Assembly (NCBI GenBank): GCA_964035575.1
Contig: OZ037841.1
Location: forward strand, 558,001 to 622,000
From: Rhynchopus sp. YZ270_cl-10
Lineage: Eukaryota
Direction of reading: 5' to 3'
DNA: 64,000 nucleotides
In this document: positions 13,018 to 31,044 of the stretch, piece after piece
Layout: each line of letters begins with the position of its first letter
Position numbering within the stretch: the first letter of the stretch is position 1
Notes under the pieces: model-generated
What the model was told of the DNA's origin: nothing
Database searches by the model: none
What the model saw: the letters and a program-made list of their open reading frames with translations, nothing else
Program-made: the position numbers and the translations under genes

Positions 13018-15042
13018 TGAGTTGGAAGTGCAAACAAAAAAAACAAAACAAAAAAAAAAAACACATGCATACACACACGGTAGATACCCAGCATGTGCAT
13101 GCTCACATACAGAGAAGGAGGTTAGCTCTATAAACGCTGTTTTATTTCAAACTCTTTTGTTATGAATGTTTTTTGTTTTTTAGCTTAATTTCGTTTGCCT
13201 TCCAAAAAAAAAATGTTCTACCCCGTTTTTGGATTGTCCATGGTGTTTTGTGGACGGTTGAAATTTGTCAAGCTTCGAGGAGAATTCCGTTTGCTTATTC
13301 TTTTTGAGTTGATTTTTTTTTTTTCTTTTTTCTTTTTCAATTTTTTTTCTGTTATATGTCGTTCTGATCAAACTGTTTTGCAATCTTGCATTTATTTGCA
13401 TTGTATTTTTTTTTCTAAAAAGTGAAGTTGACAGTGCAAAACGCCTCTGCGACGCAAACACCTGCCACTCCGTGGGCTATCGAACCCTTTTTTTTTACAA
13501 GGACATCCCTCAGTATCGAGAGATCTAACAACTGAGTGCAAAGCTGCCCCCCTTTTTTTTGTTGCTGCAATCGACAATAGCCCCTGGTCTAATCCTTTGC
13601 ACAGTCAAATATTGGTGAATTTTTTGACGTGCTATAATTTCGACCATTTTTTTTCCGAATTAACCCCAAAAAAATAACAAAAAAAATACGACATTTTTTT
13701 TTTCTTTTTTGCAACACACGAAATCAAACATATATCACGAAGAGGGGGTTTGAGCTCAGGTAGTCTGGCCATTTCCTTCGTATTTGGGACAACATAAGAG
13801 AGGTGGGAAGGAGAATACAAGCAGAACGGAGGGGTGCGAGACAAGGCGACGAGGAAAAGAAAGCCAACCGAGAATAATACATATTAACAGCCTGGGATGA
13901 CCAGTTTATTTTCCCCTCGTACAACCTTTGGCCTCTCCCGACCCTTCACATCAATATACAAGAAGGGGTACTTCTTATGTACCCCAAGACTCTTCGCACG
14001 AAAAAAAAAAGAAAACAAAAGAAAATACCGAGTTTGTATTGCTATTTTGGACTATAATGGATAGCTGTAAAATTGTACCTCAAAAAAGTCCAAAAAAAAA
14101 ATTATGGTCCAATAATAATACAAAAGGTAAAAATAATGAGAAAAAATCACACTGAAAAAAGAGAGAAAAAAAAAGAGAGAAAAAAAAGAAGAAAAATTAG
14201 CAAGATGAACCCTAAGCTCTTGCTATGCTTCGTCATCTTTTGTAAAAAGAAATTGATACAATTTTTTTTTGGTTATTTTCAGCTATTAAAAAAGAAGATG
14301 AATGTACCTTTTGAGTGAAAAAAAAAAAGATCTAGGGGAGAGAGAAAAAACTTTTTTTAAAAAACGGAACAAGAAAAAGAAGTGCATGTTTTTTTTTTAG
14401 GATTTTTGTCGTTACCAAAAAAGGAGAAACTAAACGATTTTTTTGTTTTTTTTTGCTGTACTCAACTAAAGTACACGCAAGAAAAACAAAAAAAATAAAC
14501 AAAATAATCGACAGATGATGACTCAAACCTCTTAGGTAACAGTACATCTAAAAAGATGGGGGTATGTATTGGGGTAGACTTTGCACAGAACAACATCTCT
14601 CTACGGACGTAATAAAGACACACCCGGGGGGGAACACTCAAACCAAGAGCATTTCCTTCACTTCTCGCCCCAATACACACCCCAAAAAAACAAATCTAGA
14701 GAAAGAGAGGAGATTTTTAAAATTGATAAACCCTGTTTTTTTGAGAGAGAAAAAAACAAAAAAAATATGGCAGCAACATACTCTGCCCACACAAAACAAC
14801 ACATTTTCTTTCCAAAATGGTGTAAACTCACCACATTTTCAAAAAAGTCTTCCTTATTTTTTTTTTTATCCATCGCCAAAGGCTTGCAGAATACCAGGGT
14901 AATTTATCAACCCCATTTTTTTAAATCATCAACACAGATCATCGCGCCGACCGACCTCCTCCGCTACCTCCGTTTTTTCATGGATTTTTTTTAGGTCGGG
15001 AAACCTAGAATAATTTCCAAAAAAAATCATCACATTTTTTTT

Positions 15043-15561
15043 TCAGTCCCATTCCTCACCAACGACTTCGCTAATCTCTTCGAAGAAGGTTGATCGGATG
15101 CTGGTTGGGGCGTCTCCTTCGTCTCCGGCATCCAGACAGGCTTCAGACGGTCGTTGCGCTGAACAGAAGGAAACCGAGCGAGGAGATTGCTCCCAGCTAC
15201 CGAAGGAGGAGGTAAGGGAGAAGGGGTCTGAGGCGGGGGACGCGGAGACGGAGAGAGGCAGCATGAGTGGGGAGATGCGTGAGCGGGCCTGCTGCGAAAT
15301 GTACGTTTGACAACGATGGCAGCGTCGGATCTGCGCTTTTTCCTCCTCCTCCTTTGTCACAACCTTCTGCACCTCCCTTGCCCCCATCTGCGCAGGGGTG
15401 ACCGCAAGCACACAGCACTTCGCACAGCACAGCTCACCACATTCCCTGCAATGATGCCTTCTCCGCACCACAGTGAACGGTTTGGTACATTTGCTGCACT
15501 CCGCCCTTTCGGTATCATCCTCCCAGTGAACGCCCCATTCTGAGCTTGCGGTACCACCCAT
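15043..15561 (-). CDS. FYVE zinc-finger protein (~172 aa), possible N-myristoylation (MGGTAS)
   Basis: WxDD...CxxCxxxF...RRRHHCRxCG...CxxC...RRCxxC is the FYVE signature. First ATG at 15561 follows a polypyrimidine tract. Confidence 0.9.
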   Translation of the reverse strand: MGGTASSEWGVHWEDDTERAECSKCTKPFTVVRRRHHCRECGELCCAKCCVLAVTPAQMGAREVQKVVTKEEEEKAQIRRCHRCQTYISQQARSRISPLMLPLSVSASPASDPFSLTSSFGSWEQSPRSVSFCSAQRPSEACLDAGDEGDAPTSIRSTFFEEISEVVGEEWD

Positions 15562-16085
15562 AGTGAGAAGTTGGAAAGTTGGGAGAAAAGACAATAAAGG
15601 GAGAGAAGAGAGAGAAGAGAGAGAGGTAAAAGAAGGGAGCAACAAAAAAAGGTGTTAAATTCGGTTCTTGATGTAGGGAAGAAGGGAGGGAGGGAGAGGG
15701 GAGAGTAGGGTTGTGGGATGTGTTATAGTTCTGTATTGTGTGGGGTTGTTTTGAAAAATAGTAACACTGATAGGTAAGTAAAAGGAAAAAAGGTTTTTTC
15801 GTTGATTGCACAATTACCCTGTTTGAGGGGGTGATTGGCGACCCGTATCTGAGGAACTATTTCTCCTTTAACCCTTTAAGGACCAGAGGGGACATATATG
15901 TCCACGCAACCACCTAAATTGGCTTCCACTAGGACTTTTTGAAGATTTTTTTTTTTAATGAGAAGATTTTGTGCGAAATCTTTCAAAAGACGCAAGATTC
16001 GATTTTTTTTGACGCTCTCATCCCCTCTCATCCACACCCGGCATTTTCACATAATACGGTATTTTGGGTCATTTTTTGGGAATAA

Positions 16086-17012
16086 TTGGGAATAATGAGC
16101 AGTGAAGCATCCGAGGATCCAAGCTTTGGTTTGTACGAGGACGAAGAGGAGGAGGAGGTGTCAGAGGTGGACTCAAATGACGGGACACGCATTGATTGGA
16201 ATAGTCTGACCCCCCCTGTTTGGGTGAAACGGAACGTGACCCCCGAGGAGCACCCCTTCGAGGAGAAGAAGAAGCTCGGCCGGCCCAAGCAGCACTCCGC
16301 ACTGGACCTGTTTTTGACATTTTTCACTGCGGAATTAATGCAAAACATCTGCATCTGGACAAAGTCGCACGCATCAACGAAGAATGTCGACCTTGAGTTG
16401 GATGTGCCGCTTCTCCGGGCGTTTATTGGGCTTAGTCTGTTGATGGGTATTGTGCAAAAAAGTGATGTCAAAGATTATTGGTCAACGGACCACGAAATTG
16501 CCACACCCTTCTTTCCTGCGACAATGCCGAGACGCACATACTTGAACATCTTGTACAATTTGCATCTCCACGACATAACGACATCAGACCCCAACGACAA
16601 GCTCAGGAAGGTACGGCCCTTCATCACGTACCTGAACCGCAAGTGGGCGAGTGTGCAGCCGGGCAAGTACATCTCTGTTGATGAATCTATCATTAGATTC
16701 AAAGGTCGCATCTTCCTGAAGCAGTACCTCCCGAAGAAGCGCCACAGATTTGGCATTAAGTGCTACGCTGTGGCGGACAGTGAGACGGGTTTTATCCACC
16801 AGGCGCGTATTTATTGCGGGAAAAACTCTGTCAATGACAACACCATCGTCCGCAACGCACTGCAAGGGGAAACCGAAGTTCTGCGCTTGGTGCACAGGTA
16901 CAAGGATAGTCAAGAAGACCGTCAACTCAAAAGAAGGAGAGGGGAGGGAGGAAGAAAAGGTTTTAAGATTGTGTTGACACACACACAGAATTTCGCCTTT
17001 TTTTACAGCTGA
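16086..17012 (+). pseudogene. piggyBac (DDE_Tnp_1_7-type) transposase, 3'-truncated
   Basis: Motifs DYWSTD, DKLRKVRPF and ISVDESIIRFKGRIFLKQYLPKKRHRFGIKCYAVADSETG. Similarity is lost near 16860, before the second and third catalytic Asp motifs. Confidence 0.88.
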
Positions 17013-17184
17013 GACACAATGCTCCTGTTTTCTGAACAAAAAAAATTTTTTTTCTGTTTCCATGGTTTGTGTCTGTTTATTGTATCAACAATACGCGAGA
17101 GGAAAGGTTCTGGCTACTTTAGTGTTACCTAAAATAGTATACATCCACAGACAGCTTTGTACATTTTTTTTTTTTCTTCTGCTT

Positions 17185-17873
17185 CTGGGGTGGCGACAGG
17201 GGGGTGTGGAAAAAAATATTCACAAAAAATATTTTCAAATTCTGTCGATCACAAAAAATCACAAAAAATCACAAAAATTCACAAAAATTCACAAAAAATC
17301 ACGAAAAATCACAAAAGTGAACCGTTTTGGGCCGCTGTAATTGTGGTGTAATTGTGCTCAGTAATGCTCAGTTGTGCTCAGTTGTATGTAAGTGTGTGTA
17401 AGTTTCGCTTAAAATTGAACTTTTTCGGCGTGGCTGCATAACCGATTCCCTACCGTGTTTTCTACCAGTTGTCATGCCGTTTTGGGGCATCCATGTGTTG
17501 GAAAAATATTTTTTTGTTTTCGTTGGTGAAGCTTTTAAACGGCGGTATTTGCATTTCCGGAATCCGTCCGGCCAGTGGTGGGGTCAATTTGCCGAAATGG
17601 ACAAGTTCTCGTTTTTGGTCAATTTCCGCCTACACAGTATACACAGCATACACAGACCCAGAGTGGGACAAAAAAAAAGCTCATCTCAAAATATGCCGAT
17701 CACAAAAAATCACAAAAAATCACAAAAGATCACAAAAGATCACAAAAGATCATAAAAAATCACAAAAAATCACGACCTGTCGCAAAGAATCACAAAGAAG
17801 AAAAATGATTCTTTGTGATTTTTCGTGATTTTTCGTGACTGCCCAGTTCCGACCCCCCTTGTCGCCACCCCAG
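17185..17873. mobile_element. TIR element with 10-bp subterminal tandem repeats, nested in the piggyBac copy
   Basis: TIR CTGGGGTGGCGACA(A)GGGGGGT / ACCCCCCTTGTCGCCACCCCAG; CTT on both flanks (3-bp TSD); arrays of ATCACAAAAA. Confidence 0.8.
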
Positions 17874-19209
17874 CTTCCATCTTTTTTTGTACTATGAACA
17901 CCGTTTTCGACACAAAAAAATAAAATAAAATAAAAGAGCAGTTGGAAACGTGCTAAAAACGCATCTCAAAAAAAAATAAACTAGAAATACGACTTCAGGA
18001 AAAAAAGGTTTGCAAAATATACCAAGTCTCAGTGCTTAGCCATATCACATGAAACAACTAAGGAAACCACTCGTTGTATCCCGTACACTATAATTACCAT
18101 CCTTTTTTTTGGAGGGATGGTGTGGCTCGTCCCAAAATAAAGTGTGGTTTTTTTTGTACTTATTTTCTACTTTTTTTGTATAAAAGTGGGGGTTTTGGGC
18201 CACACCAAGGAAAGTTGCTTTTTGGTCTTCGAGGAATCGCCCAATAATACACTCAATTTTTTCACGTTTTTCTTGTACCTTTTTTCAAAATAATTGGCGT
18301 ACAATGAGCGCTGCACATCCTCTAAGGGTCTGCTCGCGTTTTTTTTTTCTCATTAGAGTCGCTCTTAAGCTTGCGCCTGGTCTTAAGAGGAGTGATGCAT
18401 AGCACCCCACCTCAACCTATATATAGGGGTCTGCACCACGCGTTTTCCCTCCCCTCTACCGCTGTGAAATACCTTGTGTATAAATATGTCGGGAATCTTG
18501 CACAACACTGGGAATTTGCCCCCATTTTTCTTTTGGCAACTCCAAACACATTTTCATACACAGTAATAGACGCAGCCACCAGGACACATGACATATCCCC
18601 ACTCAATGGGATCAGGAGCAGACTGTGTGATGAAGCTACACAGCACCCCAGATAAACCCCGGAGAAAGAAAACAAATGTGACGAAGAGATGGCCAAAAAT
18701 CTTGGGGGGGAAAAAAATGTGTCTCACACAGTACATCCGTGGGTTGGGGGATGGAGGTGAGAAAAGGGGGGGAAATGACTCTACAGTTTTTTCTAATAAA
18801 CATAACAACAACTAACACAATATACAACGTGTACAAAAAAAAAAAAAAAAAAACGCGATTTCTTTCTCTTTGGTACCGACAATCGCCCCGAGGGGATTCT
18901 CTTTATTTTCAAAACTTTGTAGGAGAGGTAGATTATTTTTTTTTTTGAAAAATTGATGACGTGTAGACACCTCGCTTTTTTCTCGTGTGAACTCCACGCA
19001 TTTTTATTGTATAACGAGGGATACGTTACAGATGACACACCCTCCATCTCTAAAGAACGTGACAGAGATGAGACATTATGAAACTCAGATTTTGACACCT
19101 TCTTTTTTTGCTGCCCTTTTCTTCTTCTTCTTCTTTGAAACCTTAATTGTATTAGTGTAGACACCGAGGACGGGCTCCACTATTTAAGATATTTCCCTCT
19201 CAACTCAAC

Positions 19210-24431
<5,222 letters not shown>

Positions 24432-25142
24432 TTGTTGCCCCCTCTCCCTTCCCCTTTGTGTAAATCACATTCAGTTCTGATGAGGCATGTAGGTGGGTGT
24501 GTTGGAGGTGTGTTGGGTGAGGGTCATGTGAACGCGCTTGGGGCTTGAAGAAAGCAGACTTTGACAATAATAGGACCGAGTGAAGATCAGCTTCTAGAAA
24601 AAATCAGGATAAATCGAGCACTTTTTTTTTTTTGAATGAAGATCCATTTTTTTTAGACCCCGACCCACACCACCTCTAAGCAACCACACCTATTTTTCAA
24701 AAAAAAATAACAAAGCACACGTCTCCACGCAAAAACACCACAGAGACACTGTGGGCTGTTACGAGGAAGGAGGCCGCGAGCTTAGATGTGAGAGGTGGAG
24801 TGGGACGGGGTGGGCAGGGGGGCTTTAAGCGAGGGGGGTGGGGGGGGGGACTACCGTCCTTCAAACGATGCACAGCTCAGGTGCCATTTTTCTGACGGGG
24901 AAAAAACCCAAGATGGGGTTCTTTTACTAAGATGTCCGATATGGGGGGCAAGACATGGGGGGAGCAACTAGATACCGGCATTTCCTCACAGCGAACGTTG
25001 TGTGTGGGGGAGGTTGCTTCAATGTTGAAACAAAAACGGGGTAAAAATAAGGTAAAAAATTAAAAAGAGGGTAAAAAAAGAAGGGTGTGTGAGGGGGGGA
25101 GCCGGTACTATTTTATGCAAGAGAGAGAGAGGGATTTGCTCT

Positions 25143-25606
25143 CTAGTAGTTGTCACGTGCGAACGGCTTCGGGTCACCTCCGCCGACGGCCGTCAGGTTG
25201 ATGGCCTTCTCTCTGCCCATGTGGTCGGTCTCAATGTCGAACTCAACGTCCTGCTGCTCAGCGAGGGAGCGGAATCCCTGCAAAAAAAAAATGATGAGGT
25301 TGGAGTTGGAAAAAAGGAAAAGGTTAATATGAAATGTGCCTCTCGTGCGCGGTTGAATAAAAAAAAAAACTGATAAAAGATCATCCTGAGTTTCACCTGA
25401 AACCCTCCCCTTTGGGCAACCCCATCCCTTTGCTTCCCTCTACCCTCTGCTTGCCACCACCATACCTGCATGCGGATGGCGCTCTGGTGCACGAACACCT
25501 CAGCGTCGTTGTCGGAGCGCTGCACGAAGCCGAATCCCTTCTGGTCGAGCCAACGCACAACACGTCCCTGGTTGGTTCCCAGCACCATGCGAGTAAGACG
25601 GAACAT
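25143..25606 (-). CDS. Small cold-shock-domain protein, copy A (91 aa, probable mitochondrial presequence); exons 25606-25466, 25277-25143
   Basis: GRVVRWLDQKGFGFV...VFVHQSAIRMQ|GFRSLAEQQDVEF carries RNP1/RNP2 CSD motifs; GT-AG intron; Arg-rich N-terminus MFRLTRMVL. Confidence 0.93.
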
Positions 25607-25820
25607 TTTGTTGTGTTTTTAAAAAAGTTTAAGTTGACAAACTCTGTGAAGCATAATATTGTTAGAATAGAAGTGGTTACCATCACCTTCCACACTACTG
25701 AGTACTATGCAGGGCTGTACACCCGACGTAGCAGTTTCCTTTGCCCATCTTCACATTGAGCGCCTACTTCAGGAAAATCGTCGTAAGCAATTTGAGAGAA
25801 GATAAATGTTAAACAGTCAA

Positions 25821-25909
25821 TAGATCCACTGTTAATCCATTTACTCTGAGACTTGCATGGCTTAAATCCTTGAAACAAGCATATGACTACTGGCAGGATC
25901 AACCAGGTT
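25821..25909 (-). rRNA. Orphan 5' fragment (~90 nt) of 18S rRNA, non-functional
   Basis: AACCTGGTTGATCCTGCCAGTAGTCATATGCTTGTTTCAAGGATTTAAGCCATGCAAGTCTCAG...CAGTGGATCT is the conserved SSU 5' end. The expected GCGAATGGCTC continuation is absent. Confidence 0.92.
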
Positions 25910-26537
25910 TCTTGTCACTCTAATCGATAGGGGATTGCTCCCCTGAGATCAGTGATCAAAGAGCCTAATGACGGTTGATACATTCCGGCTTCACCTGTGA
26001 AGAGGCTTTGGGATTCCCCTCAGGCAAAGTGTCTTCAGAACTGGACGGCAGAACATAGGTACAGAAGGGAACATCAGTTGCGTGCGACTCCACGATACAA
26101 CAGTTTGAAAAGAATAATACAAGTGTGGGTGGCGCTCTTCCCCATTGCCCTTTTTTATTTTCTACTCTCTCAGACAACGATTCATTTTTAAAGCACAACA
26201 AAAAAAAAATTAGGTTGCACATCAGCGCAACGAACAGAGAAAAACCTTGGTCTACCTCTTTTTTTTTTTGCTTTTTGCTCTTTTGTTTTTGCATTTTTTT
26301 AGAAAAAAATACTTCATCCTCCCTGACCCTGCCTCAATGTTATAGCAACTGCATTATCGCTGTGCCTTTTTTGCGTTGCTGGTTTTGTGTACGTCATTAT
26401 TGCCCAAATGTTCCCTCCCCTCAAGTTGTCTGAATTCTCATTATAGTATTGTACCCGTGGGTGGCTTTGGCAGTCGGTTGTGGGTTGCGTGCTCTGTGTT
26501 GCCAAGCCACCGTTGTGCGAGAGAGAGGCCTCACTCT

Positions 26538-26997
26538 CTAGTAGTTGTCACGTGCGAACGGCTTCGGGTCACCTCCGCCGACGGCCGTCAGGTTGATGGC
26601 CTTCTCTCTGCCCATGTGGTCGGTCTCAATGTCGAACTCAACGTCCTGCTGCTCAGCGAGGGAGCGGAATCCCTGCAAAAAAAAAATGGTGAGGTTGGAG
26701 TGGAAAAAAGGAAAAAGCTAATAATTATGAAATATGCCTCTCGTGCGCGGTTGAATAAAAAAAAACTGATAAAAGATCATCCTGAGTGAAACCCTCCCCT
26801 TTTTGGAAACCCCATCCCTTTGCTTCCCTCTACCCTCTGCCTTGCCACCACCATACCTGCATGCGGATGGCGCTCTGGTGCACGAACACCTCAGCGTCGT
26901 TGTCGGAGCGCTGCACGAAGCCGAATCCCTTCTGGTCGAGCCAACGCACAACACGTCCCTGGTTGGTTCCCAGCACCATGCGAGTAAGACGGAACAT
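26538..26997 (-). CDS. Small cold-shock-domain protein, copy B (coding sequence appears identical to copy A); exons 26997-26857, 26672-26538
   Basis: Exons match copy A by eye; the intron differs by small indels and substitutions. Confidence 0.93.
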
Positions 26998-27218
26998 TTT
27001 GTTGTGTGTTTTTTTCTTTTAGATTTGATGAGCCTGTTAGTTGTTTTTTGTTTTGCATTTTTCTTTGAGCCGACACACAAAATCCCCCCCCACAAACATA
27101 TTTGCTTTCTCAAGAGGGCCGTCAACAAACGGGTCACCTCTTCCGCCTACCTCTATTGATAGAGGTGGCAAGAGGGCAAGGGGCCGGGTAGGGATAGGGG
27201 TATGGCTTGCTGCACGCT

Positions 27219-28400
27219 TCAATACATGAGCCCGTACCCTGCACCAAGGGATGCTTGATGTCGTCTGGAGCATCGGGGGACCCCTCCGTTCGGTGCTGTC
27301 ACTTTTTTCGCGTTTCTGTGTGGTGAGAGAAGGGAGGTGGGTGGGTGTGTAACGACGGTGAACTAAATGACCTGACTTTGGCTCAGCCACCAGCAGCGAA
27401 ACGACAATGTCAAGATCTATTACTTCACCTTATACCAGCGTCCGCACAGAGAAAAAAAAATCTATAGGTACGGAGAACCCACGGGAGAACCACGAACCAC
27501 GGAGAACTGTTTCGGGCTATATTAAGATTTGCGGAGCACCTTCCGGGGAACCACGGAGAATCCGTTTGGTGATCACACCATTATTGGTGCAAAAATTTGA
27601 TTTGGTTTTCCAAAACGCAGGCTTTTTTAATTGATGAACCTACTAATAGGATCCTACAATGCCATATAACACATTACAGAATTATAGGACCTATCAGAGT
27701 GCACTGCATGCCTAGGGGGGTTAGGGGAGGGGTCACATGAAAATAGAGGGACCACATACAATTCTGCAGAGAGTTGGTACTCTACGATTTGGTTCTCTGC
27801 CAACCCGCGTCTGTGGTTTGTCTGTTACAATGTGGGTTTGAAGCAATTGAACGCACTTTTACTCCGCTATGATTTTCCTCAAAAAAAACATAAAAATCGC
27901 GCCGAGCTGATTCTATTAGCCCCCCTATTCATCAAGGTAGCCCACATAGGAGGGTTTAAAAAAGATCAAATAAAAACGACAAAACTATTTCATCTCTGGT
28001 TCGGTCTGACACATACCATCCCGAGAATTTCTGAGCGGTGAATGAAGACTCTTTGCCCGGACTGCACATCATTCAAAAAACCGAAACCTTTGTCTACGCG
28101 CCACCCACCGACCCGCCCGAGGCGTCGTTCCGCTTTCGTCTCGGGGTCTGTAAAGGGCTCGAGCCGTTCCGCTACTGATGCCCCCTCACGACTGGCCCTC
28201 TTCTCTGCATTCCTCTCAAGCGCACGTCTTCGCTCCATTGCGACCTGCACATCGACGTCCACACCATGATGTGGCGACCCGGATATCACGACGTCCCCTT
28301 CCCTCACCTCGCTACGCACTTCCTCCGTCTCTTTAAACCCCTTCAAGGAAACCATGCTCCTCTGCAACGCACCTCTCAGGTGTGTAGCACAGCGTCGCAT
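27219..28400 (-). CDS. Divergent cold-shock-domain protein (~180 aa) with N-terminal extension; exons 28400-28017, 27821-27760, 27315-27219
   Basis: Spliced product GRVGGWRVDKGFGFL...VFIHRSEILGM|TNHRRGLAENQIVEYQLSAEL|NAKKVTAPNGG completes a CSD. GT-AG introns, phases checked. Confidence 0.88.
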
Positions 28401-28435
28401 GGTGTTGTGTGTTTTATGTTTCTGGTGCTATTATT

Positions 28436-28592
28436 GGTGTGGCTGACGACCCCAAAATAGCAGAAAATAGCAGAAAGTAGCACAAAATAGCACCTCCTTC
28501 AGCCGCGCCAAAAAATCCAGATGCCCAGAATAGCAGAAAATAGCAAAAAGTAGCAGAAAGTAGCAGAAAATAGCACCCTTTCAGCCACACCA
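28436..28592. mobile_element. MITE with 10-bp internal repeats (AATAGCAGAA)
   Basis: TIR TGGTGTGGCTGA / TCAGCCACACCA with ATTAT on both flanks. Confidence 0.75.
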
Positions 28593-29075
28593 ATTATGTG
28601 ATGTATAAAAGAGCGTTTCAATGTCACAACACCAAGCAATGGCAGTGCGAAAATACAATACCCGGACTACTTTTGGGTCCAAAACAATAGGTTTTGTAGA
28701 ACAAAAGGAAGGGAAATTCATGTTTTTTTTGTCTAGACGCCCACCTACCATGTGGAACTTGGTATTTTTGTCTGTGTCGACAATCGCCTATTTTTTTCTC
28801 AGTGTTTTGCCTTCATTTTTATTTTTGTAGTATTCGACGAAAATAAAAGACAATATCTCCCAAACAGCGTACAAAGATCCATCCTAACACTGTCAACAAA
28901 AAGATGGATGAAAGACAAAAATCTTTAAAGAGGAGTTACGTGCGGGGAGAAAAGAGAAAATTTTATCAGATGAACCTAAGCTGCTCTCTCTCTCTCTGTG
29001 CTTAGCCATCTTTTTAAAGACAACAACGCTGTCTGCACTACCGTCATCAGCCCCCGCTTGCACTGCTGCTGGCTT

Positions 29076-29512
29076 TCACTGCCACAGCGTTCGTGTTGCC
29101 ATAGCAATGCACCCAGCCGAGACAAATGGTGACAGCCGGTCGCCAATTACAAAACATTTGTAGCAAAACCCCCGTGCGCCTCTGTGTTCCCTCTTAAATA
29201 TACCTGTGTGCAGGGAGGGGGGTGGTGGATGAAGAAAAAAAATGCTGTGTATTTGATTGTAGACCAAAAATTATCTCGTTTTGAATTTTGAATTTTTCGA
29301 GCTGTCACCAGGTATCAGGCACTCGATTTTCAAGTTTTCGGCATTTTCTTGCCTTGCAAAATGGACATAATAAAAATGCGGAGTTTTTAGACAAAAAAAG
29401 AAGAAGACACGCACACACACATACCCTTCCTGAGCTGCTTCACGTACGTCGCAGTGCAGATCATGAGCAAGAGCACCAGGCAGAACGCATCGAAGTTGAA
29501 AAGCGCTGACAT
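29076..29512 (-). CDS. TMEM167: Protein Kish (TMEM167 family), ~71 aa; exons 29512-29425, 29203-29076
   Basis: MSALFNFDAFCLVLLLMICTATYVKQLRK|GIFKREHRGARGFCYKCFVIGDRLSPFVSAGCIAMA matches the Kish pattern MSAxFNF...LLxICTxxY...G..G...K...IGxRxSPxV...C..MA. Exon 1 is absent from the ORF track. Confidence 0.93.
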
Positions 29513-31044
29513 ATATCCTTCCTTTCTCCCCTCTACCCCCCCTACCCCACCTACTCTCTACTGTGTAGTACTGCGGGGGTGGTGGTGGTTTGAAAATGTT
29601 TTTTGTATGTTTCGAAAGTGCTTTGTGCTCTGTTTAATTTTGCTTGATAGGTTTGTAGACGTGGAGTTGGAGAGGAAGGGCGGGGTGGTGGTGGTGTGTG
29701 TCAATCAGACAGAAGGAAAGAAAAAAATGCCTTTTTTTTTAGTGGTTGTTGTGTGAGCGCAGAGGTACGTTGTAGCAAGCAAGGGACGAGAGGAGAGGGG
29801 TATGGCAGGGTAGGCAGGCTTGCAGACCACCACATGAACCCACTGCAAAAGAGAATAAAAAAAATGCTGCTTTTTCCCCCTCCTTCACTTTTTTTTTGCT
29901 TTGTCCCCCAGGGGTTTTATTTGTAGCTAGCTCGGGGGGGAAACAGGGGCGAGACACTATCACGACACTCGTTGTGTTTCTCTCTTTTTCTTTTAAAAAC
30001 AAAGAGCAAACTTGAAAGATGAATGTGCCTCTCCCGCGCGCACACATCTGAAAGAAAAGAAAAAAAAAAAAGAAACAAAATTCTTAGAGTAGCGCAGTGT
30101 GTTGGTACGTCCACTTTCTCTTTCACATTTTTTTTTTCTAAAGAAAATCACACATTTTTTTTTTCGTCCCCTATCCAATTCGAATACCACATGGTATATT
30201 TTTTCTTCACATTATTGAGTACGAATCAGTTTCCCCCTCTTGCAGACTTCACTTTCGTTTTCTAGTACGCCCAATACCGGGGGCAAACACTGCTGTTTAT
30301 CTATTCCTTTCAGAACCCCCCAAAGGGAACTTACCGCTAGGTGGAAGCTGGACGAGAAGAGGAGGGCTGGTGTGTTTGTATTTTTTTTTATATAGAAATA
30401 TGTTTTTTTTTTGTTTTCCCGACCCCACCAGCTCCTCTCAATTTCTGTTTTTTTTTGTCCAGGTACCACAACACAAAGAATAAACAATATGAACAAAGTT
30501 TGCAGAATGAACTCAAAGAATGGGACACACACAACGTACAGAAAACACACCACTCGGCTCGTTCACAAAAAAAAAAAAAAAAAAATGCAGAAAAGTTGTT
30601 TCATATACTAACTATTCTACTGAATAGATGGTATAATCCGACAGAAAAGGAAAAAAGTTGTGAAAACACTATGGATGTAGGCACCCAAGGATTTGGGGGA
30701 GAAGAGGGGTTTTTTGAACGGGTCACGAGCACGGACAAGACATGTCAAAAAATTTTTTTTGCAAGATGAGTTGAACCCACGCCAAAAAATGAAACGAGAC
30801 GCTGTCCCCGTTGGGCGCAACTATGGATTCTCCGCAAAAAAAGAAAAGTGAAGTTATTGATGCAAACAAATCCAGATGACCAACGATTGTCAGCGTCGCA
30901 TGGAATGCATGAGTAACAAAAAGAAAAAGGAAAAAAAAGACGTTGTCAGAATATATTTTTTTTGAATGAAACATTTGGATCACCCCCGTTCCTCTTTCTC
31001 TCTTCGGTTCCCTTTTCTTCCCATTTTGTTCCCCATACCCCCGT

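Larger units (their letters stand above)
15872..18390 (+). mobile_element. piggyBac element, internally deleted or interrupted
   Basis: TTAA (15868-15871) then CCCTTTAAGGACCAG left end, followed by the transposase ORF. Right end is only a degenerate match (CTGGTCTTAAGAGG, 18377-18390) lacking TTAA, so the right boundary is uncertain. Confidence 0.65.

Noticed and set aside
25630..25909. Functional 18S rRNA gene
   Set aside because: Similarity ends after ~90 nt; no downstream SSU, 5.8S or LSU sequence.
27037..27390. 117-aa ORF as a separate gene
   Set aside because: The real exon (27315-27219) is in another frame and completes the upstream CSD.
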